This document shows, in pieces, positions 46,273 to 55,858 of a DNA stretch of 64,000 nucleotides. The position numbers and the translations under genes are program-made. The notes beneath the pieces were generated by a model. The model was not told the DNA's origin, searched no databases, and saw only the letters and a list, made by a program, of their open reading frames with translations. This DNA comes from a virus, in IMG/VR virus record IMGVR_UViG_3300021490_000002, positions 17,255-81,254 of that record. One strand, written 5' to 3'. Position 1 is the stretch's first letter. The number at the start of each line of letters is the position of its first letter.

Positions 46273-48846
46273 TTATTTTTGCCAAATTTCTGTTGCCTTA
46301 CAATCGGCCTCTAGTGGAATCTTCCACATAAAATCCTTTACAAACGGATATTTCTCTTTGATTTTATTTTCCATACAATCCTTGACTAGACTTTTTATGT
46401 AATCTTGAGGGACGTCATTTCTGACTTCTAAGATGACTTCATCATGAACTTCTCCCCAGAAATTTACCTTATTTATGTATAAAGGGCAACTTATCTTTTT
46501 TCCAGCCCTTCTTACAATTACCTTTTCCGACCTTAGCCTCTCCATAATAGTATTGAGAGCCATCAAGAAAATGTCTGATGCAGTAGATTGGACGCATGTA
46601 TTGACCGCTTTTCTGTAAACACTAGCATCCAACTTATTAAACCTTCTGATTCTTCCAGTAGCCGTCCTAATAAAAAGATTTTTTTCTACAAATGCATGGA
46701 CTTCTTGTATCCAATTGTATATAGATTGCATTCCCTCAAAATAATCGTCAATAAATTTTTGTGCCGTTTCTGTATCCCAACTTCCATCAGGTAATTTCAT
46801 TTTTAACCTCTTAGCGAGGCCTTCTGCAGTCATTCCATATAAAATTCCAAAAGTAATTGTTTTAGCACGTTGTCTGTAAGTTATCACTCCATGTTTCTTG
46901 TTTTCCTCATCCAACTTGATAAGTTCATCATATGGAATCTTAAATGCCTTTGATGCAACATAAGAATGGAAGTCAAGTCCAGAAACACAAGCTTCCAATA
47001 TCTCCTCAGATTTAGCATAAGCGCCTGCAACCCTTACCTCAATCTGGGAATAGTCAGCAGACAATAAATAATACCCTGGCCTAGCCCTAAATAAAGCTCG
47101 CATTGCAGAATCTCTAGGAATATTCTGTATGTTTATCTGGTTTGTTTTTCCTAGTCCTACAACATCACTTCCACCAGACGAGGTCCTACCAGAACGAGTT
47201 GTATTTGTCTTGAAAGAAGCATAAACCAAATCTCCCTGCCGTCTTTGTTTAATCCCCTTGACGTATGTATTAAATTCCTTGGATATTTTCCTATAAAGCA
47301 AGAGTAATTTCGATAAAGTATGATTTTTTCCTTCCTCCGTCTCCATGAATTCCACTAAGACTTCTTTTTTCAAGGAAGTAAAGTTTAAGTGTGGGAAAAA
47401 CTGATTATACACTTCTAGTAACTGAGGATTTGAATTAGGATTAATTTCACACCCATATTTTTTCTTATACCATTTTCCCTCTGGTGTATTTCGTATATGT
47501 CGGAGTAGGATTTCAACTTTAGCACTTAATTTTTTTTCCACCTTTTTCCACATTTCTTCATTGATTGTTATACCATTAGCTTCCATATCCCGCAACGCAT
47601 TCTTAGCATCCATCACAATACTATAAATAAAGTCTAACTTGTTCTTCTTTACTTCCTGCAGCGCTAAAAAATATAATATAGAAGTTACCACACCATCACC
47701 AGCACAATATTTGTAAATCTCTTCTGGAGAAAGGAAATCAAGGTTTTTCTCCTTCTTTGCTCTCGCTTTTATTTCGCCTCCCCAGTGTGAAAGTTCAGGA
47801 ACATATTCGTAGGCCAAAGAAGCCAAATTATACTTTTTTCTTCCTTGGTTAATAAGATAACAGGCATCCATAGGGTCGCCAGAGATTCGCACTCTAATTC
47901 CAGTATGCTTATAAATAACACCCGTATCGTACGTGGCGTTAAAAGCAACGGCCTTTGTTTTATCCAATGCCCTAGCCAAATCCGCAGTCCATTCTCCCGT
48001 ATATATAATTACTTTTTCTTTTGGATACTCAAGCGTAAATTTTCCAGGACTGTATGTAGTTTCAGGTAGGCTTTGGAAGAAAGTAAATACAGTACAAATA
48101 TGATTGCAATATTCTTTACCGTAAAACCAATCTAGTGCTGACCTACCTTTAGCATCAACCTCACATTTTGTTTCCAGGTCAAAAGTAACAATCTTCCCCT
48201 CGTATTCTTTTAATTTTTCTATCATTTCTTTTTCTGAGGAAACTTTAGTGAAGTAAAAATCAAAAGAAGATTGGAAATTTATCCCTGGAATTTCCCTAAA
48301 TAAATTTTCAATTGTTTTGCCTTCATGCTTTAGGAATTCACCATAAGCTCTTTTTACAGATTGTTTATCGGGAGAACCAAAACTCCACTCTACATGACGA
48401 CGGATGTAATAGGCTGGATGGTAAATACATGCATAGAATTTTCCGTCTTTCTGAATAACTTTTCCGTGCGTTTCTTTTAACTCCAAGCCGAGGATTCTTT
48501 TCACTGCAAACTGACCTAATAATATAAATAGATTTCCTTTAAATCTATCTAATTCATGTTTATGAAGTTTAAAACATCTCTTGGCCGTAGGCTCTAATAG
48601 TTTTTCTCCATCGGGAAAGCACTTTACTACATTAAACCTGTATGTATCTTTCCTTTCAATCCCAAATTTTGCTAGTAACTTAAATATGAATTCTCCACTC
48701 ATTCCAACTAAATTGTCCCCCTGAATAGATTCCTGTCTTCCAGGAGACTCACCTATAAGACAGACTTTCCCTTTTGGATTTCCTCTAGTAGGAACATATT
48801 TATTAGCCACGAATTGACATTTAAAACAAGCTTCTGTTTTAGGCAT
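46273..48846 (-). CDS. polA: DNA polymerase family A with N-terminal family-4 uracil-DNA glycosylase domain and 3'-5' exonuclease
   Basis: UDG: CFKC, GESPG, NVVKC, YHPAY. Exo: FDLET, FNATYD, YCAGD. Pol: DYSQIEVR, RQRAKTITFGILYG, VHDE. Confidence 0.93.
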   Translation of the reverse strand: MPKTEACFKCQFVANKYVPTRGNPKGKVCLIGESPGRQESIQGDNLVGMSGEFIFKLLAKFGIERKDTYRFNVVKCFPDGEKLLEPTAKRCFKLHKHELDRFKGNLFILLGQFAVKRILGLELKETHGKVIQKDGKFYACIYHPAYYIRRHVEWSFGSPDKQSVKRAYGEFLKHEGKTIENLFREIPGINFQSSFDFYFTKVSSEKEMIEKLKEYEGKIVTFDLETKCEVDAKGRSALDWFYGKEYCNHICTVFTFFQSLPETTYSPGKFTLEYPKEKVIIYTGEWTADLARALDKTKAVAFNATYDTGVIYKHTGIRVRISGDPMDACYLINQGRKKYNLASLAYEYVPELSHWGGEIKARAKKEKNLDFLSPEEIYKYCAGDGVVTSILYFLALQEVKKNKLDFIYSIVMDAKNALRDMEANGITINEEMWKKVEKKLSAKVEILLRHIRNTPEGKWYKKKYGCEINPNSNPQLLEVYNQFFPHLNFTSLKKEVLVEFMETEEGKNHTLSKLLLLYRKISKEFNTYVKGIKQRRQGDLVYASFKTNTTRSGRTSSGGSDVVGLGKTNQINIQNIPRDSAMRALFRARPGYYLLSADYSQIEVRVAGAYAKSEEILEACVSGLDFHSYVASKAFKIPYDELIKLDEENKKHGVITYRQRAKTITFGILYGMTAEGLAKRLKMKLPDGSWDTETAQKFIDDYFEGMQSIYNWIQEVHAFVEKNLFIRTATGRIRRFNKLDASVYRKAVNTCVQSTASDIFLMALNTIMERLRSEKVIVRRAGKKISCPLYINKVNFWGEVHDEVILEVRNDVPQDYIKSLVKDCMENKIKEKYPFVKDFMWKIPLEADCKATEIWQK

Positions 48847-50578
48847 CTGTAGCCTCCTCTAAATATTTATCCTGAGTAAAGGCCATTAAATCTTCCACGT
48901 AAAAGATATTACAACGACCGCCTTTGGTATATCTTCCAGCATCCACCTTGACCGACATATCTGGAACAAAAGAAGAGTCAGAGTCTGCAGACCTTTCCCT
49001 ATGAACAATTACAATTGTATCTGAGTCAGATGCTCCTGCACCTGTCCACGCAATATCAAAATAGTTCATGTTCTCTGCTTTCTTTATATCTATCTTCTTT
49101 GGCTGGGCGATAGCTACAATAATAGCATTTAAGTCTATAGTTAGAACTTTTAGTGTTTTATAAATATTTTCAATGGCCTCTACTTTTGTTTGATTTTTTG
49201 GTATATTTCTGACCATATACTGGACATTATCAAAAACAAAAAATTTCACCCCATATTTATGGTGTACATCCCTAAATGTGTTTTCTAGTTGTTGTGGAGT
49301 TAAAGTCCCCTGGAAGCCTAAGTATAAGGGAATATTCTTCATGACAAAATTGAGTAATTCTACCTTTCCTACCGACCTTCCTATCCCATAATACATGCCA
49401 ACAGCCATGTTTAAAATAACCTGCGGAGGCATTTCCATACAATAAAATAATGTAGGAATACCATTCAACGCATAATATAAAGCTAAAGACAAACTAAACG
49501 TAGTCTTACCCACTTTAGGTAGGCCTGTTAAAGTAATTAGCTGCCCTTCTCTAAAACCAGAGTTTAAAATTTTGTTAAATGATTTGAGATAAGTAGGATA
49601 GTATTCAACGTTAGTTTCTTCTATGGCTAAATCTACTATATCCTTCGGCGTATAAATAGACGGGATTTCAGGAGACTTGGCCTGGGTCTTCAATCGTCTA
49701 ACTGCATCTTTCCCATATTTCTTATAATAGTCGGCTAGGTCACATCCCTCTGGGATAGGAAGGATATAGCACCTATACCTTCCTAACCTTTCCAACCATT
49801 TCTCTATTCCCTTTTTCCCAGCTTCGTCACCATCAAAGGCTAGATATATTTTTTCTGCTTTAGAAAGCAGCTCAACCCAACGGTCATCTATAGAAGTAGC
49901 TCCATTAGTCACTCCAACAGCGTTCGTAAACCCACAGGCAAAAGCAATTATAGTATCCTTTTCACCTTCACATAGAATAATTTCCTTCGCTTTTCCTGTA
50001 TGCAATACCGTCTCTCTAAAGAGCATGTTAGGAGCATCTTTTAACTTCTTATACTTTCCTTCTGACTCATCCTCTCCAAACCACACTCTTAATTTTATAT
50101 CATAGAGCTGGGGATTTCTACCGCCTTCTAAGTCAACAAAGTGGGGTATAACTAAGTACTGCCTTCCTTCTCTCTCCAGATAGCCTAGCTTAAACAATCT
50201 AACAATTTTTTCACTAATGCCCCATTCATCTAATAATATCTGGAGTAAGTATGCGTTCTTTTTCTGTAATAAATTTGCGTGTGCTCTTTCTACAAGTTTA
50301 TAATTTTCCTCTGAGACAGGTTTTACCTTCTTTCCTTTAGGTCCACTTACACTTTTAACTAAACCTAAGAGTTTCTTAAGTTTAAATAAATTGCCTGAGA
50401 TATTATCGCTAGTATGGTGATTGGCATGTTTACAATCCCATAAACCATTAAATTTATTAATATAAAATTTCCAGTCAGATAGCTTACATATAGGACACGT
50501 CTTAACTACAATTTGGGAGTCCGTTTCTCGATACTCCCAACCCATAGCTTGAACAAAATCAAGAGGAGACTCTTGCAC
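48839..50578 (-). CDS. Primase-helicase (T7 gp4/Twinkle-like)
   Basis: Zn finger CPIC; TOPRIM CEGEKD and FDGDEAG; SF4 helicase GLPKVGKT, FVFDN. Confidence 0.9.
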   Translation of the reverse strand: MQESPLDFVQAMGWEYRETDSQIVVKTCPICKLSDWKFYINKFNGLWDCKHANHHTSDNISGNLFKLKKLLGLVKSVSGPKGKKVKPVSEENYKLVERAHANLLQKKNAYLLQILLDEWGISEKIVRLFKLGYLEREGRQYLVIPHFVDLEGGRNPQLYDIKLRVWFGEDESEGKYKKLKDAPNMLFRETVLHTGKAKEIILCEGEKDTIIAFACGFTNAVGVTNGATSIDDRWVELLSKAEKIYLAFDGDEAGKKGIEKWLERLGRYRCYILPIPEGCDLADYYKKYGKDAVRRLKTQAKSPEIPSIYTPKDIVDLAIEETNVEYYPTYLKSFNKILNSGFREGQLITLTGLPKVGKTTFSLSLALYYALNGIPTLFYCMEMPPQVILNMAVGMYYGIGRSVGKVELLNFVMKNIPLYLGFQGTLTPQQLENTFRDVHHKYGVKFFVFDNVQYMVRNIPKNQTKVEAIENIYKTLKVLTIDLNAIIVAIAQPKKIDIKKAENMNYFDIAWTGAGASDSDTIVIVHRERSADSDSSFVPDMSVKVDAGRYTKGGRCNIFYVEDLMAFTQDKYLEEATDA

Positions 50579-50590
50579 AACTACACCCTC

Positions 50591-51505
50591 CTATTTCAGA
50601 ACCGTATTGACAATTCTTATTTTATGGAAGCCTAATCTGGAGAATAAAGACAAAACCTCACATTCGGTGAAAAGTTCGGAGTGAGGAAGTATCCATAGAT
50701 AGGGCTTATATCTAATTATAAAACTCTTTAGTTTTTCTTCTAACTCTTGAAGCAAAGAAGAACTAAGAATGATTCCTAGCTTTTTTAGTTGATAACCTTT
50801 GGAAACAGTAAGGTAGGCACACTCCCAAAAGCTAAACCCTAAATTTTTATGTGGAAATATTTTTATTAATTGTTTCTTGACAAAACATCTGGAAAAATGA
50901 ACCTTTAAGAAAGGTTTTTTATTATCTCTTTTACTATCTCTTATATGTAGAAGTTTCTTATGGGCACTACTTATAGTCTCTTTTAAATTGTCGAGGTCAG
51001 GATATAAAAAAGTGGGTTTATTCCTGCAAGTATAAAGCATCAATTTTTCTATAGCAATCAATGATGCTGGGATATAAGAAAAGTTATCAGAGGTATTTAT
51101 TAGAAGACATAGATAGTATATTCTAAATGCATCTTTCCTTCTCAATTTGACCTCTTCTGTCGCTTTACAAAAAATAGGAAGGAAATCCCTAGGAAGAGCT
51201 GCATAACTACTTCCTTCTCTTTCCAGAATGTTCAGAGCTACTGGAATTACTTTATCAGAGAGAATATGTTTTGGAGTTGGAGTGAAATAAGGATACTTGT
51301 TTTTGTAATATTCTAGCGACTTTTTTATTACGGCAGTAAAGATTTCAACATCTTTTAGGTTAGGATACTTTATGAGTAGGTCATATATTTGTTTCTCACT
51401 TATGAGACTTCTTACTTCGTCTTGCGGAAAGTTTGACTCCCAGATTTCTTGCAGCAAATTCAAATAGTTGCGTATGATTCTGGGAGATAATCTCTGTAAC
51501 AACAT
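50591..51505 (-). CDS. Hypothetical basic helical protein
   Basis: 304-aa ORF in the replication operon. Confidence 0.55.
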   Translation of the reverse strand: MLLQRLSPRIIRNYLNLLQEIWESNFPQDEVRSLISEKQIYDLLIKYPNLKDVEIFTAVIKKSLEYYKNKYPYFTPTPKHILSDKVIPVALNILEREGSSYAALPRDFLPIFCKATEEVKLRRKDAFRIYYLCLLINTSDNFSYIPASLIAIEKLMLYTCRNKPTFLYPDLDNLKETISSAHKKLLHIRDSKRDNKKPFLKVHFSRCFVKKQLIKIFPHKNLGFSFWECAYLTVSKGYQLKKLGIILSSSLLQELEEKLKSFIIRYKPYLWILPHSELFTECEVLSLFSRLGFHKIRIVNTVLK

Positions 51506-51737
51506 TGACCAAACTCCTTATCAAAATGTTAATAGGTATTCCAACCTCACTGCTTAACCTTCTGAGTTTATCTAAAGTCCTTTTCTCTAACTCCATTTTA
51601 AAAGGTAATAAATAAGTATTTGAATCTGGAGTTGGAGGCAATATAGGCGGATTACAAGTATCCTTCAATGCCTCCAGAAATAGTAAGAAGACAAAGTCTC
51701 TAAACGATTCATACTCCTTTTCTCTGAATTTACTCAT
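51396..51737 (-). CDS. Possible ribbon-helix-helix DNA-binding protein
   Basis: FKMELEKRTLDKLRRLSSEVGIPINILIRSLV. Confidence 0.4.
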   Translation of the reverse strand: MSKFREKEYESFRDFVFLLFLEALKDTCNPPILPPTPDSNTYLLPFKMELEKRTLDKLRRLSSEVGIPINILIRSLVNVVTEIISQNHTQLFEFAARNLGVKLSARRSKKSHK

Positions 51738-51751
51738 AACATTCTAAAATC

Positions 51752-51778
51752 AAGGCCACCTTATTTAAAGGTGGCCTT
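51752..51778 (-). terminator. Hairpin downstream of 51786-52388
   Basis: 11-bp inverted repeat AAGGCCACCTT / AAGGTGGCCTT, 5-nt loop. Confidence 0.65.
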
Positions 51779-51785
51779 TGTTTCC

Positions 51786-52388
51786 TTAATCCTGTTCTAT
51801 TGTTTCTTGTCGATATTCTAACACATGAACAACACCATCATGTTCCAGACTCAGAGATACTTCTATTAATCCTTGGTCTATTGCATCGACCAAAAGTGAG
51901 ATAAGTCTAGCGAGTTTTGTTCCTTTTCCTGCTGGTCTAAGTTTATCCCTTTCCTCTACTTCCTGCGGTTTAGTTTCAATTACCTCTTCCACTTTCTCCT
52001 CTACTTTTTCTTCCACTTTCTCTTCCACTTTCTCCTCTACTTTCTTTTTAGACTTGGGTGTAGCTTTCTTCTTAGTTGCCTGTTTTTGTTTTGTGGTTTC
52101 TTTCTTCGCAGATGCCTTCTTTTTCGCAGGTGCTTTCTTTTTAGCTGGTTTCTCTAATTCATCTGGGTCTAAGATAGGTTCAGGCTCTACAGGCCCAGAA
52201 GTTTCCTCTGACCCATCTACCTCTGGAGAAGGAACGTCAGGTGAAGTCTCTATTTTCACCTCGTTTTCGTCCGCTTCTTCAGCAGGAACAAAATCGCTAC
52301 AACCAATCTCGTCTGGATTGGTGTCCTCGGATACCCCTTGGCAAGCTCCTTCTTTAAAAAAGATACACTCTCCACATCTTTTTGCCAT
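51786..52388 (-). CDS. Low-complexity protein: Cys-rich N-terminus, histone-H1-like KKA tract, EEKV repeats
   Basis: CGECIF...C...C; PAKKKAPAKKKASAKK; tandem VEEK repeats. Confidence 0.65.
   Translation of the reverse strand: MAKRCGECIFFKEGACQGVSEDTNPDEIGCSDFVPAEEADENEVKIETSPDVPSPEVDGSEETSGPVEPEPILDPDELEKPAKKKAPAKKKASAKKETTKQKQATKKKATPKSKKKVEEKVEEKVEEKVEEKVEEVIETKPQEVEERDKLRPAGKGTKLARLISLLVDAIDQGLIEVSLSLEHDGVVHVLEYRQETIEQD
51984..52044 (-). repeat. Imperfect 12-nt tandem repeat encoding (KVEE)x5
   Basis: Visible in both DNA and protein. Confidence 0.8.
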
Positions 52389-52399
52389 ATTTTTACCTC

Positions 52400-52588
52400 C
52401 TATTCATCTTTGTTTTCTAAGGAAATCTTACGATATTCTTTCAAGGCATTCCCTAGACTTGTACTTACCTTTCGTGCTTGTCTTGCACTAACCTTAGTCC
52501 CTTTTGTTTTGTAAAGGGTGTGGTAAGTTACGAATTCATGCCACAGACTTACACATTCTTCAAACTTTGCATCAAGTTCTGGTATCAT
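52400..52588 (-). CDS. Histone H1-like (Hc1-type) small protein
   Basis: KGTKVSARQARKVSTSLGNALKEYRKIS matches the GNKAAxxRARK...KEFRK family pattern. Confidence 0.7.
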   Translation of the reverse strand: MIPELDAKFEECVSLWHEFVTYHTLYKTKGTKVSARQARKVSTSLGNALKEYRKISLENKDE

Positions 52589-52615
52589 AGCTAAACCTCC
52601 TTAAATATAATATTG

Positions 52616-53371
52616 TTAAAATGGAACATCGTCATCTTCAAACCCAAAATTGTCCTCATCCGAACTATCCTCACCAAAGTCTTCCCCTTGAAGTGATGGA
52701 GTTTTAAAACCATTCTTCATCACCTCTGTATCCCAGGGAGTGACCGCTGAAACATAATGGACGTAAGTTACTACAAAAGGAATCTTGTTTTGTCCATCTA
52801 TATTAGGTAATATTTTCAGACGGACAGTACTATCGGTTTGCATGTCGTTAGCTGGAACAAAAAGAGGGAAGTCTTTCTTTAGATACAATAAAGTTAGAAG
52901 CTCGTGAGGATTCCTGATATCATACCTCAAAATCCTTTGATTGAAAAACTTTGAGGTATCTATTGGCTTCTGAATATAATCCGCAGAATAAGATGGATAA
53001 TCCTCACCTTTCTTTTTCTTCAATACTACAACTCCACCATTTGTTAAATGCGTGGGAGATGGACTCCACCTCAAATCTGGGTCGGTCTCAGATACCTTTT
53101 CAATAATGTACTTAGAGACACGAATAGGCCAATTAAAAAGCACTACCTTTTTGTTAAACTTTGCATTAGACTCACAATTTAGAACTAGCGCATAACTCCA
53201 GACTTGTTTTTTGAAGTAGGCCTTCCTCCCCTCGTTTTCCTTCCCAGCATCAAATAACTTCGCTGCCTTCTCACAATGAATACAATCATAACCAAAAATC
53301 TTTTTGATGCAGGGAACATAAGTCCCAGAAGAACTTAACTCTTGAGTAAAGTCATTCAATCCTTCCCACAT
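52616..53371 (-). CDS. gp32-like single-stranded DNA-binding protein (apparently permuted)
   Basis: CIKKIFGYDCIHCE Zn motif, VRLKILP...PFVVTYVHY, acidic tail DDDVPF. Confidence 0.75.
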   Translation of the reverse strand: MWEGLNDFTQELSSSGTYVPCIKKIFGYDCIHCEKAAKLFDAGKENEGRKAYFKKQVWSYALVLNCESNAKFNKKVVLFNWPIRVSKYIIEKVSETDPDLRWSPSPTHLTNGGVVVLKKKKGEDYPSYSADYIQKPIDTSKFFNQRILRYDIRNPHELLTLLYLKKDFPLFVPANDMQTDSTVRLKILPNIDGQNKIPFVVTYVHYVSAVTPWDTEVMKNGFKTPSLQGEDFGEDSSDEDNFGFEDDDVPF

Positions 53372-53429
53372 ACCTAAAACCTCCTGACTTAATTTTTTTG
53401 TTTAACCCAATTACCCATAACCTATGTAT

Positions 53430-53458
53430 AGTATATATGTTTACTAGCTAGTTGTCAA
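53430..53458 (-). promoter_or_regulatory. sigma70 promoter upstream of SSB
   Basis: TTGACA (53458-53453)-17 nt-TATACT (53435-53430). Confidence 0.8.
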
Positions 53459-54221
53459 CCCCTTCTTTTACATTTTTTAAAATTCCCCTAAATATTTTAA
53501 ATAAATCTTTTTTCATGGCTTTATACTCGGGGGTATCTGGAGAATAGAGATAGGGTCTGAATAGGATTCCGTGTAACGGCCTTCCTAAATGGTCGTGGAC
53601 TGGGTAAGTTATCGTTTCTTCTATTTTTGAAGATAGAATTGTAAAAGATGTCGTGGAAATATCTTGAATAACTAGAGTATCAGAAGCAAAGTCAGAAGAC
53701 AGAACCGCATAGTCCGACACCATCATACACACGTGTGGAGGTACAAGAATACCACCAACCGACATTATGTAAGGAGAGCATAGAATGTCACCGCACATAA
53801 ATGTCTCTGGGTTGATAATTGGAAAATATGCAACATCCTTTCGTTTAACACATTTAAGAAGGATATATGCTAGAAATGCCTGCATCCTCATGTTTAACAA
53901 AAGTAAGTCATCCCAATCTTCCGCAGCCCGTCTTGTATTCATTAAGAGAGATGGGTAGGTCAAAATTCCACTTTCTATGAGTACACCTAAAACGGACCCT
54001 ATACAATCTGTTCCTACTCCAGGCACCAGCATGTATCTTTTTGTAGGTGTTCTTTTCCAACGTAGCGCAGTTCTATATAATTCAATTTTCAACTCAGTAG
54101 AATTAAATAGCTCCTTACATGCAAGCTTCTTGTCTGGTTTAAGGATTTGATAATGATGTAACAATACCTCTAGTAAATTTTTGTTGTATCCAACTATTTT
54201 TACTTCAACGGGCGTTACCAT
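53448..54221 (-). CDS. NlpC/P60 (phage tail-associated type) peptidase homologue
   Basis: ALRWKRTP...PGVGTDCIG (catalytic Cys), GDIL, PPHVCMM (His). Confidence 0.7.
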   Translation of the reverse strand: MVTPVEVKIVGYNKNLLEVLLHHYQILKPDKKLACKELFNSTELKIELYRTALRWKRTPTKRYMLVPGVGTDCIGSVLGVLIESGILTYPSLLMNTRRAAEDWDDLLLLNMRMQAFLAYILLKCVKRKDVAYFPIINPETFMCGDILCSPYIMSVGGILVPPHVCMMVSDYAVLSSDFASDTLVIQDISTTSFTILSSKIEETITYPVHDHLGRPLHGILFRPYLYSPDTPEYKAMKKDLFKIFRGILKNVKEGVDN

Positions 54222-55327
54222 AACAACTCTTCCTTTATCTTTTCTACTATATCTCCTTTCTCAATTAGGTTAACATAGTCCTTATCATATCTCCCTTCCT
54301 GATAGACCTTACCATTGTAAGAAAAATTTGGGAAAACATCAGATTCAGAACCCTTCTTCGTCCAAGCACTTTTGTTGTTTAGTTTGGCCAGGCCTAATAG
54401 CGAAGCTAAAGGCAAAACGCCAGCATACTTATGGACTGGATTTTTAATGAAGTAAACAGGAAAAAAGGTTTTATTATGTATTATCCCATCTCTTGTCTTT
54501 TCCACTTCAGCCAAAAGCCAATATCCCATTATCTTCCCGTTCTTATTTATCTTACCATAGTTCATCAACTTTACACCATCATCTCTATAGTAATCTATTG
54601 CCACTCCAGTTGTTTTAGACTCACCGCTACCGAATTGAGATGGATTATAAATTATATGATTAGTAGCAATAATCATTGTCTTTTCATCAAGTATTCCTGT
54701 AAGTCTCCTCAACGTTTCATGCCATCTTTTGGCCCGCCTTCCTTGGTCCTCTACCAACTTTATTTGTTCTGGGAAGGAAGGAATGGAATCAATAAAAAAG
54801 ATAATTGGCGGAGAGTCTTTCAATATCTTACGTCCAATATTCTCCACTACTACTTCTTCTTTCAACGCACTCTTCTTCTGCTCCCTCTTCTTCTCATCCT
54901 TCTCCAGAGCATCTATCCTCGCTAGCCTAAATCTAAACTCTATATTGTGTAGAATTTCCAGTATTTTTTCATAACAATGGATGATTGTTGGGATAGTCTT
55001 TTTTGGAACTATTATAAGCCTATCCAAATCAAGACCTAAACTTTTCATTCTTGCATAATTCTTATGTGCGTTTTCTCCATCCAGAATTACAGCTATCGCA
55101 TTATCGTACTTTCTATGCAGCTCTCTAATAACTTGTAGTCCGATTAAGGATTTTCCCGTTTTAGAAAGGCCATACAATTCATGAATGCTACCGAAGGAAA
55201 ATCCGCCATATAACATCAAGTCTAGGCCCAAAACTCCTGTTGAAACTTTTTCTTGACTCCCTTCTGAGGTTGAAGCTTTTCTTAATTCTCCTACAATAGT
55301 TCTTACATCTACTTTACCCATCACCAA
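54215..55327 (-). CDS. RecA/UvsX-like recombinase
   Basis: STGVLGLDLMLYGG, GLSKTGKS, LDGEN, FFIDSI, ATNH. Confidence 0.88.
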   Translation of the reverse strand: MVMGKVDVRTIVGELRKASTSEGSQEKVSTGVLGLDLMLYGGFSFGSIHELYGLSKTGKSLIGLQVIRELHRKYDNAIAVILDGENAHKNYARMKSLGLDLDRLIIVPKKTIPTIIHCYEKILEILHNIEFRFRLARIDALEKDEKKREQKKSALKEEVVVENIGRKILKDSPPIIFFIDSIPSFPEQIKLVEDQGRRAKRWHETLRRLTGILDEKTMIIATNHIIYNPSQFGSGESKTTGVAIDYYRDDGVKLMNYGKINKNGKIMGYWLLAEVEKTRDGIIHNKTFFPVYFIKNPVHKYAGVLPLASLLGLAKLNNKSAWTKKGSESDVFPNFSYNGKVYQEGRYDKDYVNLIEKGDIVEKIKEELLW

Positions 55328-55856
55328 TCTCTCCTGAAAGTTTTGCTAAACCATACATTCCTATTAACAAAGAATCTGAAATTCCATCATTATTTTTTAT
55401 TTTGGTTGACAAATGAGGAAACAAACTCTTTGCCCTGGACAGGGATTGTTGCTTTAAGTATTTTCTACGTTTAGTTTTATCAGTAGCTTTCTTTCTAGGA
55501 ACTGTAATTTTGTGATACTTCTGCCACTCTTTCGGAGTGACATTAATAACTGGAATGTCAAATATTATGAAAGGTGCAAAGTAGCATCCATTGGTAAAAC
55601 CATAATTAAACATAGAAACAACGCCCTGACCAGAGTATGCTTGGCCTTTCTCAAAGAAACAAACAGGCCTTACCCTATACTTTGTTTTAGTGTATAAAAT
55701 CAATCTTTTTAACTTATTAATTAAGTCAACCATATCATCGGATGGTTTTAAACCGAAAACATCAACAACTTCTGGAAAGCCAGAATCTTCTCTGGCTAGT
55801 ATAGCCAAGCCTCCTGACTTTCCAGGGTCCACACCAAAAACTACCGTATAACTCAC
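55314..55856 (-). CDS. RuvC-like Holliday junction resolvase
   Basis: GVDPGKSGGLA, FFEK, VTPKEWQK, DGISDSLLI. Confidence 0.85.
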   Translation of the reverse strand: MSYTVVFGVDPGKSGGLAILAREDSGFPEVVDVFGLKPSDDMVDLINKLKRLILYTKTKYRVRPVCFFEKGQAYSGQGVVSMFNYGFTNGCYFAPFIIFDIPVINVTPKEWQKYHKITVPRKKATDKTKRRKYLKQQSLSRAKSLFPHLSTKIKNNDGISDSLLIGMYGLAKLSGEIGDG

Positions 55857-55858
55857 CT

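Noticed and set aside
51984-52044. CRISPR-like or origin repeat
   Set aside because: These are 12-nt imperfect coding repeats (KVEE) without spacers.
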